Assembly (NCBI GenBank): GCA_028289135.1
Contig: JAQGGW010000007.1
Coordinates: forward strand, 2,300 to 66,299
DNA length: 64,000 nt
Direction of reading: 5' to 3'
Source: Candidatus Saccharimonadota bacterium
Lineage (GTDB): Bacteria > Patescibacteriota > Saccharimonadia > Saccharimonadales > JACDBH01
Part shown: piece after piece, positions 40,440 to 49,660 of the stretch
How the letters are laid out: each line of letters opens with the position of its first letter
Numbering within the stretch: the stretch's first letter is position 1
Notes under the pieces: generated by a model
Seen by the model: the letters and a program-made list of their open reading frames with translations, nothing else
What the model was told of the DNA's origin: nothing
Database searches by the model: none
Program-made: the position numbers and the translations under genes

Positions 40440-41297
40440 ATGATGAGCAGGGAAACAGAACCAAAAGTGGTGGCAATTATTAACGACTGCCGTGACCCGA
40501 ATGCAGTAGCCCGCCAGCAGATGATGGTTGGCAACCTTTTTGACGCCAACCAAACATTTGTTGGTGTCGATTCGGAGTTGGAGGCAAGCGGCAACTTGGT
40601 GGATTTACTGGACATAAGCAACGGGCGGCCAAATATAATTTTGGTTAACAAAGCGCCTCGCAATGGCAGTGCTAGGCAACACAAAAACGGCACGCCTTTT
40701 GGGTTTTTTTGGCACGGTGAAACCCTGGTTGTTAGCAGTGTCGACGGCCTAGCCCTGTCGCTGCCTAAAAAACTAGGGCTAACAGCGGTGGTGCGTGAGC
40801 TGGATATTGAGTCGACAGTCGACGATGTGCTAGAACAAACGGGTGAGGCCGACGAGCCGGGTCTAAGGGATAAGATTATCGACACCCAATACCGAAGCCT
40901 TGAATATGTACCACGCGTGGCGCGGGCGCTTTGGAACCGGGCCAACATCCAAAGTGAGCTAAAAAGTCTTGACCATGTTCCGAATGCCAATCTACGTGGT
41001 TGGGGAGTAGATAACTTTGGTAACGTCAAAACAACGGCATTACCTGGTGATATTGGTTTTGATCCAGAACAGGGGGATGGTTTTAGGATTACGACAGCGT
41101 TAGGCGAACTTAGCTGTTACCGTCAGCTTCGCAGTGTTCCAGATGGAGAATTAGCAGTTACAGTCGGTAGCTCTGGCTTTGGAAAAGATAGATTTTTGGA
41201 AGTTGTGGTGCAGGGCGGCAGTGCCCACGACAGGTTTGTGCAAGCTGACCCAGGCTTTAAATTGTCCGAAACAAATTTGTTTACGCCCGCGTCTTAG
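40440..41297 (+). CDS. SAM hydroxide adenosyltransferase-like (DUF62) protein
   Basis: INDC.D, LVNKAPR, VDNFGNVKT, GSSG, FLEVVVQGGSA; GAGGAG RBS. Confidence 0.75.
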   Translation: MMSRETEPKVVAIINDCRDPNAVARQQMMVGNLFDANQTFVGVDSELEASGNLVDLLDISNGRPNIILVNKAPRNGSARQHKNGTPFGFFWHGETLVVSSVDGLALSLPKKLGLTAVVRELDIESTVDDVLEQTGEADEPGLRDKIIDTQYRSLEYVPRVARALWNRANIQSELKSLDHVPNANLRGWGVDNFGNVKTTALPGDIGFDPEQGDGFRITTALGELSCYRQLRSVPDGELAVTVGSSGFGKDRFLEVVVQGGSAHDRFVQADPGFKLSETNLFTPAS

Positions 41298-41784
41298 GGT
41301 TTTTGGCGAGATCCTTTGTCATAATGTGACGGAGCTCTTTGTTACCAAAGTAATCTGTTTCTGACCCTGTAATTCGAAAACCATTGTTTAGGTAAAAACC
41401 TATAGCTCTCTTGTTCTTTGGGCTAGTAAGTAAGTAGAGTTTTCTGTGTCCTGAAAGACTGGCTAATTGTTCGGCAAAAGAGATCATTTCACCACCGTAA
41501 CCTTGGCTTTGCAGATCAGGGTCAACCCCAATGCTTAAAATTTCTATCGCATCGTGTTCTGGACGATCGACAAGCGTCAAGGAGCTAATAAGCCGGCCCT
41601 CTTCGTTCTTCCAAACATAAGTATTACCTTGATTTTTACCTGACAAGAACTCTACCAAATCGCTAGGCGACTCAGTGGGAAACATATAGGGACTTGAGGC
41701 TGTGACTCTAGAATCTAGTGCAAACAGGATGTCGGCATGCTCAATGACATTAATGTGCACAGGTACACCAAAAGCTTCCTTCAT
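41281..41784 (-). CDS. GNAT family acetyltransferase
   Basis: IGVDP.LQSQGYG, N..AIGFY...GF. Confidence 0.85.
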   Translation of the reverse strand: MKEAFGVPVHINVIEHADILFALDSRVTASSPYMFPTESPSDLVEFLSGKNQGNTYVWKNEEGRLISSLTLVDRPEHDAIEILSIGVDPDLQSQGYGGEMISFAEQLASLSGHRKLYLLTSPKNKRAIGFYLNNGFRITGSETDYFGNKELRHIMTKDLAKNPKTRA

Positions 41785-41879
41785 AAGTAAAACCATAGAA
41801 TAAAAGATATAAAAAAGCAATTTGGTGGGCTATAGCGGGCGAGGTTAGAACTTATTTCAAATACTGCTAGACTTATCCT

Positions 41880-42557
41880 ATGCTAATTAAAACTGAAAAG
41901 TTTATTACAAAAGGCTCAAAAAAGGCCATTTTCTTTTTATGTCCATACGGCACGAATATTAAGCGATTAAAGTGGGCTATCCACTCGCTTCAAAAAGCAG
42001 GCTACACAGTGGAGGCCTACGAATTTAGTAACCATGTACTTGATCTTGGCGACCCATCCCAACTTATTATAGCCATTAAGCAGACGAGAGAAGTGATTCA
42101 AGAAAGCGTAGCCAAACTTAAAGGGCAGGGATATACGAATTTTGGTTTTATTGGCAGTAGCCTCGGATCTTTTATTATTTACAATTGTTTGGCGGTATTG
42201 CCAGAATTAAAGTGGGGGATAATTAACACCGGCGGTGAGGTAGCCGATGCTGTTTGGTCGGACAAAGTAATGCGAAAACCTTACGAAGCTAATGGGTACA
42301 CTAAGGAAAATCTGCAAAATGCCTGGAGTGATATTCAGTACCCGGACTTGGGTGATCTAAAAGGAAAGAACCTGCTGCTCATTACTAGTATTTCAGACGA
42401 AATAGTGGGTTATGAAGGCGCCATCAAGTGCTTTGATTATATAAAATCTGCCGGTCCAAATGTTGAAGTGCAGGTACACAAAAGGCTTGGACACCGAAAG
42501 ACGGTGCTGCGTAACCTTTTACGGTTGCGAAAGTTGGTTCGGCGGGTTGATTTATAG
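41880..42557 (+). CDS. Alpha/beta hydrolase fold protein
   Basis: GSSLG nucleophile elbow, DEIV, LGH. Confidence 0.78.
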   Translation: MLIKTEKFITKGSKKAIFFLCPYGTNIKRLKWAIHSLQKAGYTVEAYEFSNHVLDLGDPSQLIIAIKQTREVIQESVAKLKGQGYTNFGFIGSSLGSFIIYNCLAVLPELKWGIINTGGEVADAVWSDKVMRKPYEANGYTKENLQNAWSDIQYPDLGDLKGKNLLLITSISDEIVGYEGAIKCFDYIKSAGPNVEVQVHKRLGHRKTVLRNLLRLRKLVRRVDL

Positions 42558-42591
42558 TTCCAGGTTGTGGCGAAGGAGGTATGGAACTGTT

Positions 42592-43296
42592 TTAGCTTTC
42601 TAGAAAAGCAATGAGCTTTTTGATTCCTGATATATTCTTGGCTCCGCCTAGAAAGTGGCCGAGTCGTTTGTTTTCGTAATATGTTAAAAGGGCGCCAGTT
42701 TGTTCAAGCGCCTTTTTGGTCCTTAGGGAATCGTTATAATCCAGTATCGAGTCGGGCTTTGATAGATACAAAAGCACCTTTTTGTCTTTAAACTCGGCAG
42801 CAGTTTTAACTGGGTCAATGTAGCTAAACTCTTTAGCCAGCATTGCTTCTGTAATGCCTTGTTTTACAAATTTTTCTTTGGCTCGGCGAGGTGGTTTTGA
42901 AGTATAGATATTTCTTGCCAGATCGCCATAGGTTAAGTTAAGGACTGTGTGGCTAATCTGAGGCGTGGTCCGGCCCAGCAGACCGGCTACTAACGTCCCC
43001 ATGCTGGTACCGTGGGCAGAGAAGCTGCTTACACCTTCACCGGATAGCCGTTGTATGCGCGCCTGGGCATCGTTAACAATGTCTTTGTAGAAGCCGTGCC
43101 ACTCGTCTAATTGCGCTCTAACCATCAGCGAGATTGGATAATCATAAATAATTACCGAGTAGCCGCACTTGTTCAAGGCTCTGACGAATAGGCGATAGGT
43201 GCTGATTTTGGTGCCCAAGGCAGTAAATACAAACACCACCTTTCCAGAGCTAACAAGGCTTTCTTGAACGCGAAAACGAGCATGAACTTCTATCAT
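42592..43296 (-). CDS. Alpha/beta hydrolase fold protein
   Basis: GTSMG, DSIL, LGH. Confidence 0.78.
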   Translation of the reverse strand: MIEVHARFRVQESLVSSGKVVFVFTALGTKISTYRLFVRALNKCGYSVIIYDYPISLMVRAQLDEWHGFYKDIVNDAQARIQRLSGEGVSSFSAHGTSMGTLVAGLLGRTTPQISHTVLNLTYGDLARNIYTSKPPRRAKEKFVKQGITEAMLAKEFSYIDPVKTAAEFKDKKVLLYLSKPDSILDYNDSLRTKKALEQTGALLTYYENKRLGHFLGGAKNISGIKKLIAFLES

Positions 43297-43310
43297 CCCC
43301 CTAATATAGC

Positions 43311-43338
43311 AAAAAACACCTCTCACGGAGGTGTTTTT
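43311..43338 (-). terminator. Intrinsic terminator
   Basis: aaaaacacctc-tcacg-gaggtgttttt. Confidence 0.7.
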
Positions 43339-43391
43339 GGTTGGTGGGATATTAGACTTATCTTGCTCTTTATCTTTCAGTAAAACGGTGG

Positions 43392-43817
43392 TTAATTATA
43401 TTTCTTCTCAAAGTCTCCACGATTGATGATGTCGACTATCCCAAGAACTTCTTGCTCATCTTCTAGCTCAACAACTGCATAAACAATACGTACTTTACGA
43501 AGCATTTCGCTATTTGGTAAAGTGGCTACATCACTTGGTTTAAATCTCCAAAGTTGGACTCTTTGATTATTATACATTGGGGTGCCTTGTCCTTTATCTA
43601 ATCCTCGTAGAGTTAGTGAACCTTCGCCTTTTGGATTTTTGGAAATAAAGCTAATCACATCTTCTAGTAAGCTTTGCGCTCGCTTATCTTTCTTGCCAGT
43701 GTAGTTTTTAATTGCTCTGCTCAAATCCTGCGGCTCGTCTTTAAAGTCGTAGCCATCAAAGCTGTCACCAACTGCTCTCCAACCATCGTACTGAGCAACG
43801 GTTTTTAAAATTCCCAT
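43392..43817 (-). CDS. RelE/ParE-like protein
   Basis: NP, LWRFK, VRIVY, IINR.D pattern. Confidence 0.5.
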   Translation of the reverse strand: MGILKTVAQYDGWRAVGDSFDGYDFKDEPQDLSRAIKNYTGKKDKRAQSLLEDVISFISKNPKGEGSLTLRGLDKGQGTPMYNNQRVQLWRFKPSDVATLPNSEMLRKVRIVYAVVELEDEQEVLGIVDIINRGDFEKKYN

Positions 43818-44040
43818 TCTTAGCAGGTGTTTCTTCTGATACTTCGTTAGCAGTATGTGAACTATCCAAATCACTAGGCATCTGAGTGCTAGCATCAAGT
43901 TCTTCTAAACCGTGAAGGCTCATAAATCTCGCGGCCACATCGACTGGGATAGGTAATATACTAACATCTTGAGAAGTTAGCTGTGATTCTTGTTCTTCAA
44001 ATAGTGGCAGAGGCTGTTGATGTGCATCTTGCATTGACAT
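43765..44040 (-). CDS. Small acidic protein (possible antitoxin, or N-terminal part of the RelE-like gene)
   Basis: ATG 6 nt after TGATATTAT with TTGACT upstream; overlaps downstream ORF. Confidence 0.45.
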   Translation of the reverse strand: MSMQDAHQQPLPLFEEQESQLTSQDVSILPIPVDVAARFMSLHGLEELDASTQMPSDLDSSHTANEVSEETPAKNGNFKNRCSVRWLESSW

Positions 44041-44086
44041 ATCAATATAATATCATAAGCGTTATAAAAAGTCAATATGATATCAA

Positions 44087-44194
44087 GCTCGACCGACTAG
44101 AGCACACCTGCACCCGTGCTCGGAACTAGGAGGTAGTTCCTGTGCGCGGGCTAGGTGACCGAACCGGCGATCTAGCGGGCTGTGCCCGCGATCG
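44087..44194 (-). repeat. Decayed tRNA-Asp 3'-end copy interrupted by and fused to hairpins
   Basis: gctcgaccg and cgaaccggcgatct match tRNA-Asp; hairpins 44105-44157 and 44168-44194. Confidence 0.6.
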
Positions 44195-44219
44195 GCGCTT
44201 CAAACCGAGACGAACCGGG

Positions 44220-44261
44220 CCAAATAAAAAGCCCTAGCTTTCGCTAAGACTTTTTATTTGG
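44220..44261 (-). terminator. Terminator-like hairpin after tRNA-Asp
   Basis: ccaaataaaaag...ctttttatttgg. Confidence 0.6.
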
Positions 44262-44335
44262 CGGGCTCGACCGGATTCGAACCGGCGATCTCCTCCGTGA
44301 CAGGGAGGCATGTTAGGCCTCTACACCACGAGCCC
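44259..44335 (-). tRNA. tRNA-Asp (GTC)
   Basis: GGGCTCG/CGAGCCC acceptor, CT-GTC-AC loop, GGTTCGAATCC, CCA. Confidence 0.95.
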
Positions 44336-44468
44336 ATGTGGTCAGTTCTTTTAAAATAAAAAAACCTGGAACGTGATTCCAAGCATTTACGCCTGTCACA
44401 CGTTTTGTTCATCTTATCAGAACAGGGGTAAAAAAGCAAACGGTTAGCTTGCTGGTATAGTTAGGTAT

Positions 44469-44963
44469 ATGCCTTTATTTAAAGCCGCCAACAAATTGGA
44501 CAGGGTTTTTGAGATTTCGATTATTCTTAAGGCCGTCGACGGATTGATTGAAACTGCTGGTGGTGTTTTATTGCTGCTTGTAAATCCGGCCAGCATAACC
44601 AATTGGGCGACAAGAATTACGCAGCATGAGCTCAGCACTGACCCGCATGACTTTATTGCCCGGCACATTTTGCACAGCGCCCAGAATTTTGCCTCTGGCG
44701 GACGCACTTTTGCCGCCGTATATTTGCTGATCCATGGGCTGTCTAAGATTGTGCTGGTGGTGGAGATTTTGCGCGAGCATTTGTGGGCTTACAGGGGCAT
44801 GATCGTGTTGCTTGGATTGTTTATTATCTACCAGGTCTACCGTATGTTTTATGAGCCGGCAATCTGGCTGGTTGTATTAACTGTTTTTGACGCGTTTGTT
44901 ATTTATTTGACGATCCGAGAAGAGAAGCGCCAGCGCTTGGCGCTTGGAAAGCACTCGAATTAA
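44469..44963 (+). CDS. DUF2127-like membrane protein
   Basis: LKAVDGLIE, EL..DPHD.IA, YLL.HG..K, IYQ.Y, LTVFD. Confidence 0.75.
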   Translation: MPLFKAANKLDRVFEISIILKAVDGLIETAGGVLLLLVNPASITNWATRITQHELSTDPHDFIARHILHSAQNFASGGRTFAAVYLLIHGLSKIVLVVEILREHLWAYRGMIVLLGLFIIYQVYRMFYEPAIWLVVLTVFDAFVIYLTIREEKRQRLALGKHSN

Positions 44964-45007
44964 ACTAAGGCAATAAGAATGAAATGTTTGCTATAATTAC
45001 CCCTGTC

Positions 45008-45083
45008 GCCGAAGTAGCTCAGTTGGTAGAGCAGCTCACTCGTAACGAGCAGGTCGCAGGTTCGAATCCCGTCTTCGGCTCCA
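45008..45083 (+). tRNA. tRNA-Thr (CGT)
   Basis: GCCGAAG/CTTCGGC, TAGCTCAGTTGGTAGAGC, CT-CGT-AA, CCA. Confidence 0.95.
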
Positions 45084-45116
45084 TTCCCACAAAAAGTCTC
45101 ATTCGTTTTAAGACAC

Positions 45117-45191
45117 GCGGGTATCGTATAACGGCTATTATGTATCCTTCCCAAGGATGAAACGAGAGTTCGACTCTCTCTACCCGCACCA
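45117..45191 (+). tRNA. tRNA-Gly (CCC)
   Basis: GCGGGTA/TACCCGC, TT-CCC-AA, GAGTTCGACTC, CCA. Confidence 0.93.
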
Positions 45192-45275
45192 CGTCGTAAG
45201 ACTAAGTACAACCCGCTGTATTTGAGCGAACAAGTAGCTCAAATCCTGCGGGTCGTACTATAGCTCACTCCTTAA

Positions 45276-45304
45276 CCCCGCTGAACAGGTTCAGCGGGGA
45301 CCCC
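45276..45304 (+). repeat. CAGG-loop REP-like hairpin
   Basis: CCCCGCTGAA-CAGG-TTCAGCGGGG-ACCCC. Confidence 0.8.
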
Positions 45305-45342
45305 AATTGATACTTTATCTTGATCTAACGTTTATTGCTCGG

Positions 45343-45888
45343 TTACAGTTGCTTTCGATCTTTGAGGGCTGAGAGTTTATTTTTGTAGAGAAAGCTGATT
45401 ACGGCGACGGTGAGGAGCCAGCCTAGGAGGACGGTTTTGGTTAGGGTAGTTTCGCGATTTTCTACCTCTGTTAGAGAGCGAGCGGAGACGACGTAGTATT
45501 GGTTGGCTTCAACGGCGACTGCGGCAAGGCGGATGTTATATTCGGGCTGCCAGGTGACAGCGTTGTAGCCGGATCCTGCGCTTTTTAGGACGCCGATTGG
45601 GATTTCGCGCAGCGGGGCTTGGCCGTTGTAGACGGAGGAGGCAACTGCGCGGCCTTGTTTGTTATAGATAACAATAAATGGAGCCAGGCTTTTGCTGGCG
45701 TCGACCTTGCTGGTTAGCAGTGAAGCGGGGTCAACACCGTTATTTAACACTGCCGCAGCATCTTCGGCCATCTGGATCTGTGGGTCATTGGCACTGGAGC
45801 GTAAAACCGACTGGCTGGCGGCATAAATTGTGCCAAAAATGATGGTTATGGCCGCGAGCAGGGCAAGAGATTTTAGATATTTCTTCAT
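45343..45888 (-). CDS. Membrane protein with extracytoplasmic sensor-like domain
   Basis: TM-domain-TM; ANDPQIQ.A, SLAPF, TWQP, RSL.EVE. Confidence 0.72.
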   Translation of the reverse strand: MKKYLKSLALLAAITIIFGTIYAASQSVLRSSANDPQIQMAEDAAAVLNNGVDPASLLTSKVDASKSLAPFIVIYNKQGRAVASSVYNGQAPLREIPIGVLKSAGSGYNAVTWQPEYNIRLAAVAVEANQYYVVSARSLTEVENRETTLTKTVLLGWLLTVAVISFLYKNKLSALKDRKQL

Positions 45889-45949
45889 ACATTTATTATA
45901 CGCTTACATAGTAAGTATCTCAGATACAGCATTATGATAGAATAACTTC

Positions 45950-46633
45950 ATGAATGAACGAATACCACTCACCCCTGAAGAAGCAAGTATTACCGCCAAA
46001 CGTATTCTTAGCGATGCGGATCTTATAAAAGGAGGGGCAGATATTGCTCCAAGCGGTACATTGCGTCCGGCTGACTGGCAAGTCGAGAATATATTTGAAA
46101 AGGAAATCGACGAGCCTCGAATAAAAGAATTTATGAATTCGACACCTGAGGGACATGTTATAACTCACAAAAAGAATGAACTTCATGATTTCAATATGGC
46201 TTTACATGGAGCTGCGCGTCACGCTGTAAGATTGCGTAAGCCAGGACCACTGCCGAAACCTTCTGATTTTAAGAGATTCATGCAAGCAAATGGTATAGAG
46301 GTTGATTTTGAAGAACTGGAAAGAGAAAGTGAGAGAAGAAATGAAGATTATCCTTATACTGAACAGTTAGCAAGTATAGATTATACTGCTCCGCTCGACG
46401 AAGTGACAAAGGAACTATTAGAACATCCTGAATATCGTTTAGGTAAACCAGTAAATGTTTTGAACCACTCACCAGACGGTAATCCTGGGCATCTTGAAGA
46501 TGGTTGGCAGATAAGAGATATCTTAGCAAATGGAAAGCTCTTAGCCGCACCAGTTGACGGTCGAGATCTTAGCGTACCAGTGACAGTAGGCGAGTTAGAT
46601 GCCTGGAAGCAGCTTATTCCCCCTGCGCAGTAG
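45950..46633 (+). CDS. Hypothetical protein
   Basis: 227-aa ORF. Confidence 0.68.
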   Translation: MNERIPLTPEEASITAKRILSDADLIKGGADIAPSGTLRPADWQVENIFEKEIDEPRIKEFMNSTPEGHVITHKKNELHDFNMALHGAARHAVRLRKPGPLPKPSDFKRFMQANGIEVDFEELERESERRNEDYPYTEQLASIDYTAPLDEVTKELLEHPEYRLGKPVNVLNHSPDGNPGHLEDGWQIRDILANGKLLAAPVDGRDLSVPVTVGELDAWKQLIPPAQ

Positions 46634-46696
46634 TTTTTTATACATGCATGCATCATCTGCTGGAAAGTGGTCTTTGGTGTATAATAAAACGAACAT

Positions 46697-47053
46697 ATGA
46701 CCACGCCCACGAAGTATTTTCATGACCGTTCGGTGCTCCTCCTGCTGGCAGTTAATAGTATTTTGGTAATTACCGGCATCTTGCTGGTGCTGTTCCAGCT
46801 CGACAGTTCGAAGGGGAATACTTATTATATCCAGTTTCGCGGCGTTTCGAGCTCGGGCGAGTTTAAGACAGGGAACGCCTATGACATGAGCAGCTTTGTG
46901 CTGTTCTTTTTGATTAGTTTTGCCGTTTCACTCCTGATTAGCACCCGGATTTATCACCAACGGCGCAACTTGGCGCTGAGCGCGTTGGCTATGACCGGAA
47001 TCCTGGCCTTGTTCGCGATTGTGGTCAGCGGGTCTTTGCTGGGTCAAAGATAA
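46697..47053 (+). CDS. Hypothetical membrane protein
   Basis: Three TMs; TAATG coupling to the GT2 gene. Confidence 0.75.
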   Translation: MTTPTKYFHDRSVLLLLAVNSILVITGILLVLFQLDSSKGNTYYIQFRGVSSSGEFKTGNAYDMSSFVLFFLISFAVSLLISTRIYHQRRNLALSALAMTGILALFAIVVSGSLLGQR

Positions 47054-48645
47054 TGAATGTGCGCGATATTGAGATCCCGTTTGTCGAAGAGCGCACCTGG
47101 AAATACCGGTTTTGGGAAATTTTCCCAGGGGCGGTGAGCTGGACTATCCTCCTTATGCCGCTGGTGTTGAGCATCTTTAATACCACCCTTTTTGCTGTCT
47201 ATATCATTGGGTTTTTGCTGATTTGGTTCGTAAAGTCGATTGGCCTGAACATCCGGTCTTTGCAGGGTTTTAGGACGATGAGCCAGCAGAAAAAGCTCGA
47301 TTGGCAGGTTTTGATGGATGACATTGAGGCTGGCGAAGTGCTGCACGACCACAAATGGATACCGCGCTGGCACCGCCAGAACGTTGCCCGGCTAAAGGAG
47401 CAGCCGCTGTGTCTGCCGCCGAGCGAAGTAATCCACGCGCTGATTATCGCTACCTATAACGAAAGCCGTGACATTTTGGAGCCGACTATAAAGTCTTGTT
47501 TGGCGAGCAAATATGACATGAAAAAGGTGATTTTGATGATTGCCTACGAAGAGCGTGACGGAGCGCAGTCCAAGCAGTCGGCGCTGGATTTGGTCAAAGA
47601 GTATGGGGACGATTTCATGCACGCTATTGCCGTTGGGCACCCAATGCTGCCGGGTGAAGTGCGCGGCAAAGGCGGCAACGTGACATATGCCGGGCGGGTG
47701 CTGCAAAAGTACTTAGAAAAAGAGAAGATTGACCCGCTGCGCGTGATTGTAACTACGCTGGATTCGGACAACCGGCCGCACGCGCTGTATCTTTCGGCTT
47801 TGACCTACACCTATTGTTCCACCGAAGACCCGCGCTACGTTAGCTACCAGCCGATCCCGATGTATACCAACAACATCTGGGACGCGCCGAGCCCGATGCG
47901 TGTGATTGCAACCGGCAACTCGTTTTGGAACATTGTGCTTAGTATGCGGCCGCACATGCTGCGCAACTTTTCTTCTCACGCCCAGGGCATGCAGGCGCTG
48001 ATTGATTGTGATTTTTGGAGCGTGCGGACAATTGTGGAGGACGGCCACCAGTTTTGGCGTACTTATTTCCGCTATGACGGCCGGCACGAGGTTTATCCAA
48101 TCTATCTGCCAATCTACCAGGACGCGGTTTTAAGCAGTACTTACCGCAAGACGCTAAAGGCGCAGTTTATCCAGCTCCGCCGCTGGGCGTGGGGCGCGAG
48201 CGACATTGCCTACGTTGCCAAGATGGGTTTTAGAAAGGGAAGCAAAGTGCCGCGGACTGACATGGTCTTTAAGTTCGCGCGGCTTGTTGAAGGGCATATT
48301 AGTTGGGCAACGGCGTCGCTGATTTTGGCTTTTGGCGCGCTTATTCCTGTGCTGGTGCAGCCCAAAAACTATGTGGCCCAGTCTTTGCCGCACATTGCCA
48401 GTAACATCGAGACTTTGGCGCTGGCCGGCATATTTATCACCCTGTTTTTGAGCTTTAAATCTTTGCCGCCAAAACCCGAACGCTACAAGCGCCACCGCAA
48501 CATTTTTATGGTGCTGCAATGGGTTTTGCTGCCTGTTACGACGATTTTATATAACACCTTTGCCGCGGTTTATTCACAGACCCGGCTGATGTTTGGGTGG
48601 TATTTAGGGAATTTTGATGTTACGGATAAGGCTGTCAAGAAGTAG
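47053..48645 (+). CDS. Glycosyltransferase family 2, membrane-bound processive type
   Basis: ATYNE, GKGGN, DSD, VED, QLRRWAWG (QxxRW). Confidence 0.9.
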   Translation: MNVRDIEIPFVEERTWKYRFWEIFPGAVSWTILLMPLVLSIFNTTLFAVYIIGFLLIWFVKSIGLNIRSLQGFRTMSQQKKLDWQVLMDDIEAGEVLHDHKWIPRWHRQNVARLKEQPLCLPPSEVIHALIIATYNESRDILEPTIKSCLASKYDMKKVILMIAYEERDGAQSKQSALDLVKEYGDDFMHAIAVGHPMLPGEVRGKGGNVTYAGRVLQKYLEKEKIDPLRVIVTTLDSDNRPHALYLSALTYTYCSTEDPRYVSYQPIPMYTNNIWDAPSPMRVIATGNSFWNIVLSMRPHMLRNFSSHAQGMQALIDCDFWSVRTIVEDGHQFWRTYFRYDGRHEVYPIYLPIYQDAVLSSTYRKTLKAQFIQLRRWAWGASDIAYVAKMGFRKGSKVPRTDMVFKFARLVEGHISWATASLILAFGALIPVLVQPKNYVAQSLPHIASNIETLALAGIFITLFLSFKSLPPKPERYKRHRNIFMVLQWVLLPVTTILYNTFAAVYSQTRLMFGWYLGNFDVTDKAVKK

Positions 48646-48715
48646 ATTTCTACATGCTCATGCTTGCTGATTTTTAGGTGTTCTCGCATACTTGGTTCAT
48701 TAACTGGAGAATATT

Positions 48716-49162
48716 ATGGCTACACCCGATCAAGCTCCCTTAGACCTAGTAGCGGAGTACTGTGCTTTTGTAGATGAAATGTCGGGCGGTAAGCCCGCGC
48801 TTGGCGCAAAAGAGTCGTGGAAAACTTATAAAATAGTAGGCGGCACGGTAAGCGGGCTTGTGCTTGTAAATGAGGTAGACTTTTTTACTACCTGGGATGA
48901 AGCAGCAAGTGAACGACTAGGAGAAACGCAGTATATTCGCACAATAGAATCTTCTTATGAAGGTTTTAAGAGAGCTGAGGATTTACATCGTGTTGAAGGC
49001 TTCAGTGTATGGTTACCAGGATTTGAAGGCAACAACTTTGTTGAAGAGGGCGAAGATGAAAGCAAAACCGATTTTGTCTGTGCAGTAGCTCGGCACAGCC
49101 TAGCGCAGGCAAGACTCTTACGGGATGCAGGGCGTTTACAGGTAACAGATCAGGCCGATTAG
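48716..49162 (+). CDS. Hypothetical protein
   Basis: 148-aa ORF with GGAG RBS. Confidence 0.65.
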   Translation: MATPDQAPLDLVAEYCAFVDEMSGGKPALGAKESWKTYKIVGGTVSGLVLVNEVDFFTTWDEAASERLGETQYIRTIESSYEGFKRAEDLHRVEGFSVWLPGFEGNNFVEEGEDESKTDFVCAVARHSLAQARLLRDAGRLQVTDQAD

Positions 49163-49581
49163 CTCTTAAGCGCGAGTTGGTGGTAGGCCTTGTAGGTAGC
49201 GGCGGCCAGCGGGTCAAAACGTTTTAGGACTTCGAAAGTTACTTTCGCGATGTTTTTGGTGCTGAGCGTGCCGTTTATTAGGTATTTTTTGCTGATCAGG
49301 CGGCCGATGATGGTGGCCGTCAGGCCGGTTGAGGCGTCGATTGAGTCATAACGGTGGCCTAGGGACTTAAAGAGGCTTAAAAGCAGCCTATCGCGGTTGA
49401 AGGGGCGCTTTTTGTTTGTTGCGCCAACAACAAGCAGGGATTTTTCATAATCCGGCACCTCGTTGGTAGTAAAGTGCCGCTGGCAGGCCAAGCAAGTGCG
49501 CCTGCGCCAAACTGCTGGGGTGCGGGCCTTAGCGCGGCTATTAGTAACCTGTGTTTCGTTTTGGCAAAAAATACAAACCAT
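49159..49581 (-). CDS. nrdR: Transcriptional repressor NrdR
   Basis: C..C, V.NSR, RRR.C..C..FTT.E zinc ribbon, ATP-cone. Confidence 0.85.
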   Translation of the reverse strand: MVCIFCQNETQVTNSRAKARTPAVWRRRTCLACQRHFTTNEVPDYEKSLLVVGATNKKRPFNRDRLLLSLFKSLGHRYDSIDASTGLTATIIGRLISKKYLINGTLSTKNIAKVTFEVLKRFDPLAAATYKAYHQLALKS

Positions 49582-49660
49582 AGCTACATATTGTCATAAC
49601 GCTAACGTTTTTGCTAGTGGAAAACTATGCAAAAAGCAGGGGATAAGCTTTTTGGAAAAG

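Noticed and set aside
43790..43820. Programmed -1 frameshift joining the acidic ORF and the RelE-like ORF
   Set aside because: Joining needs a +1 shift, and the TTTAAAA heptamer is not in the upstream frame.
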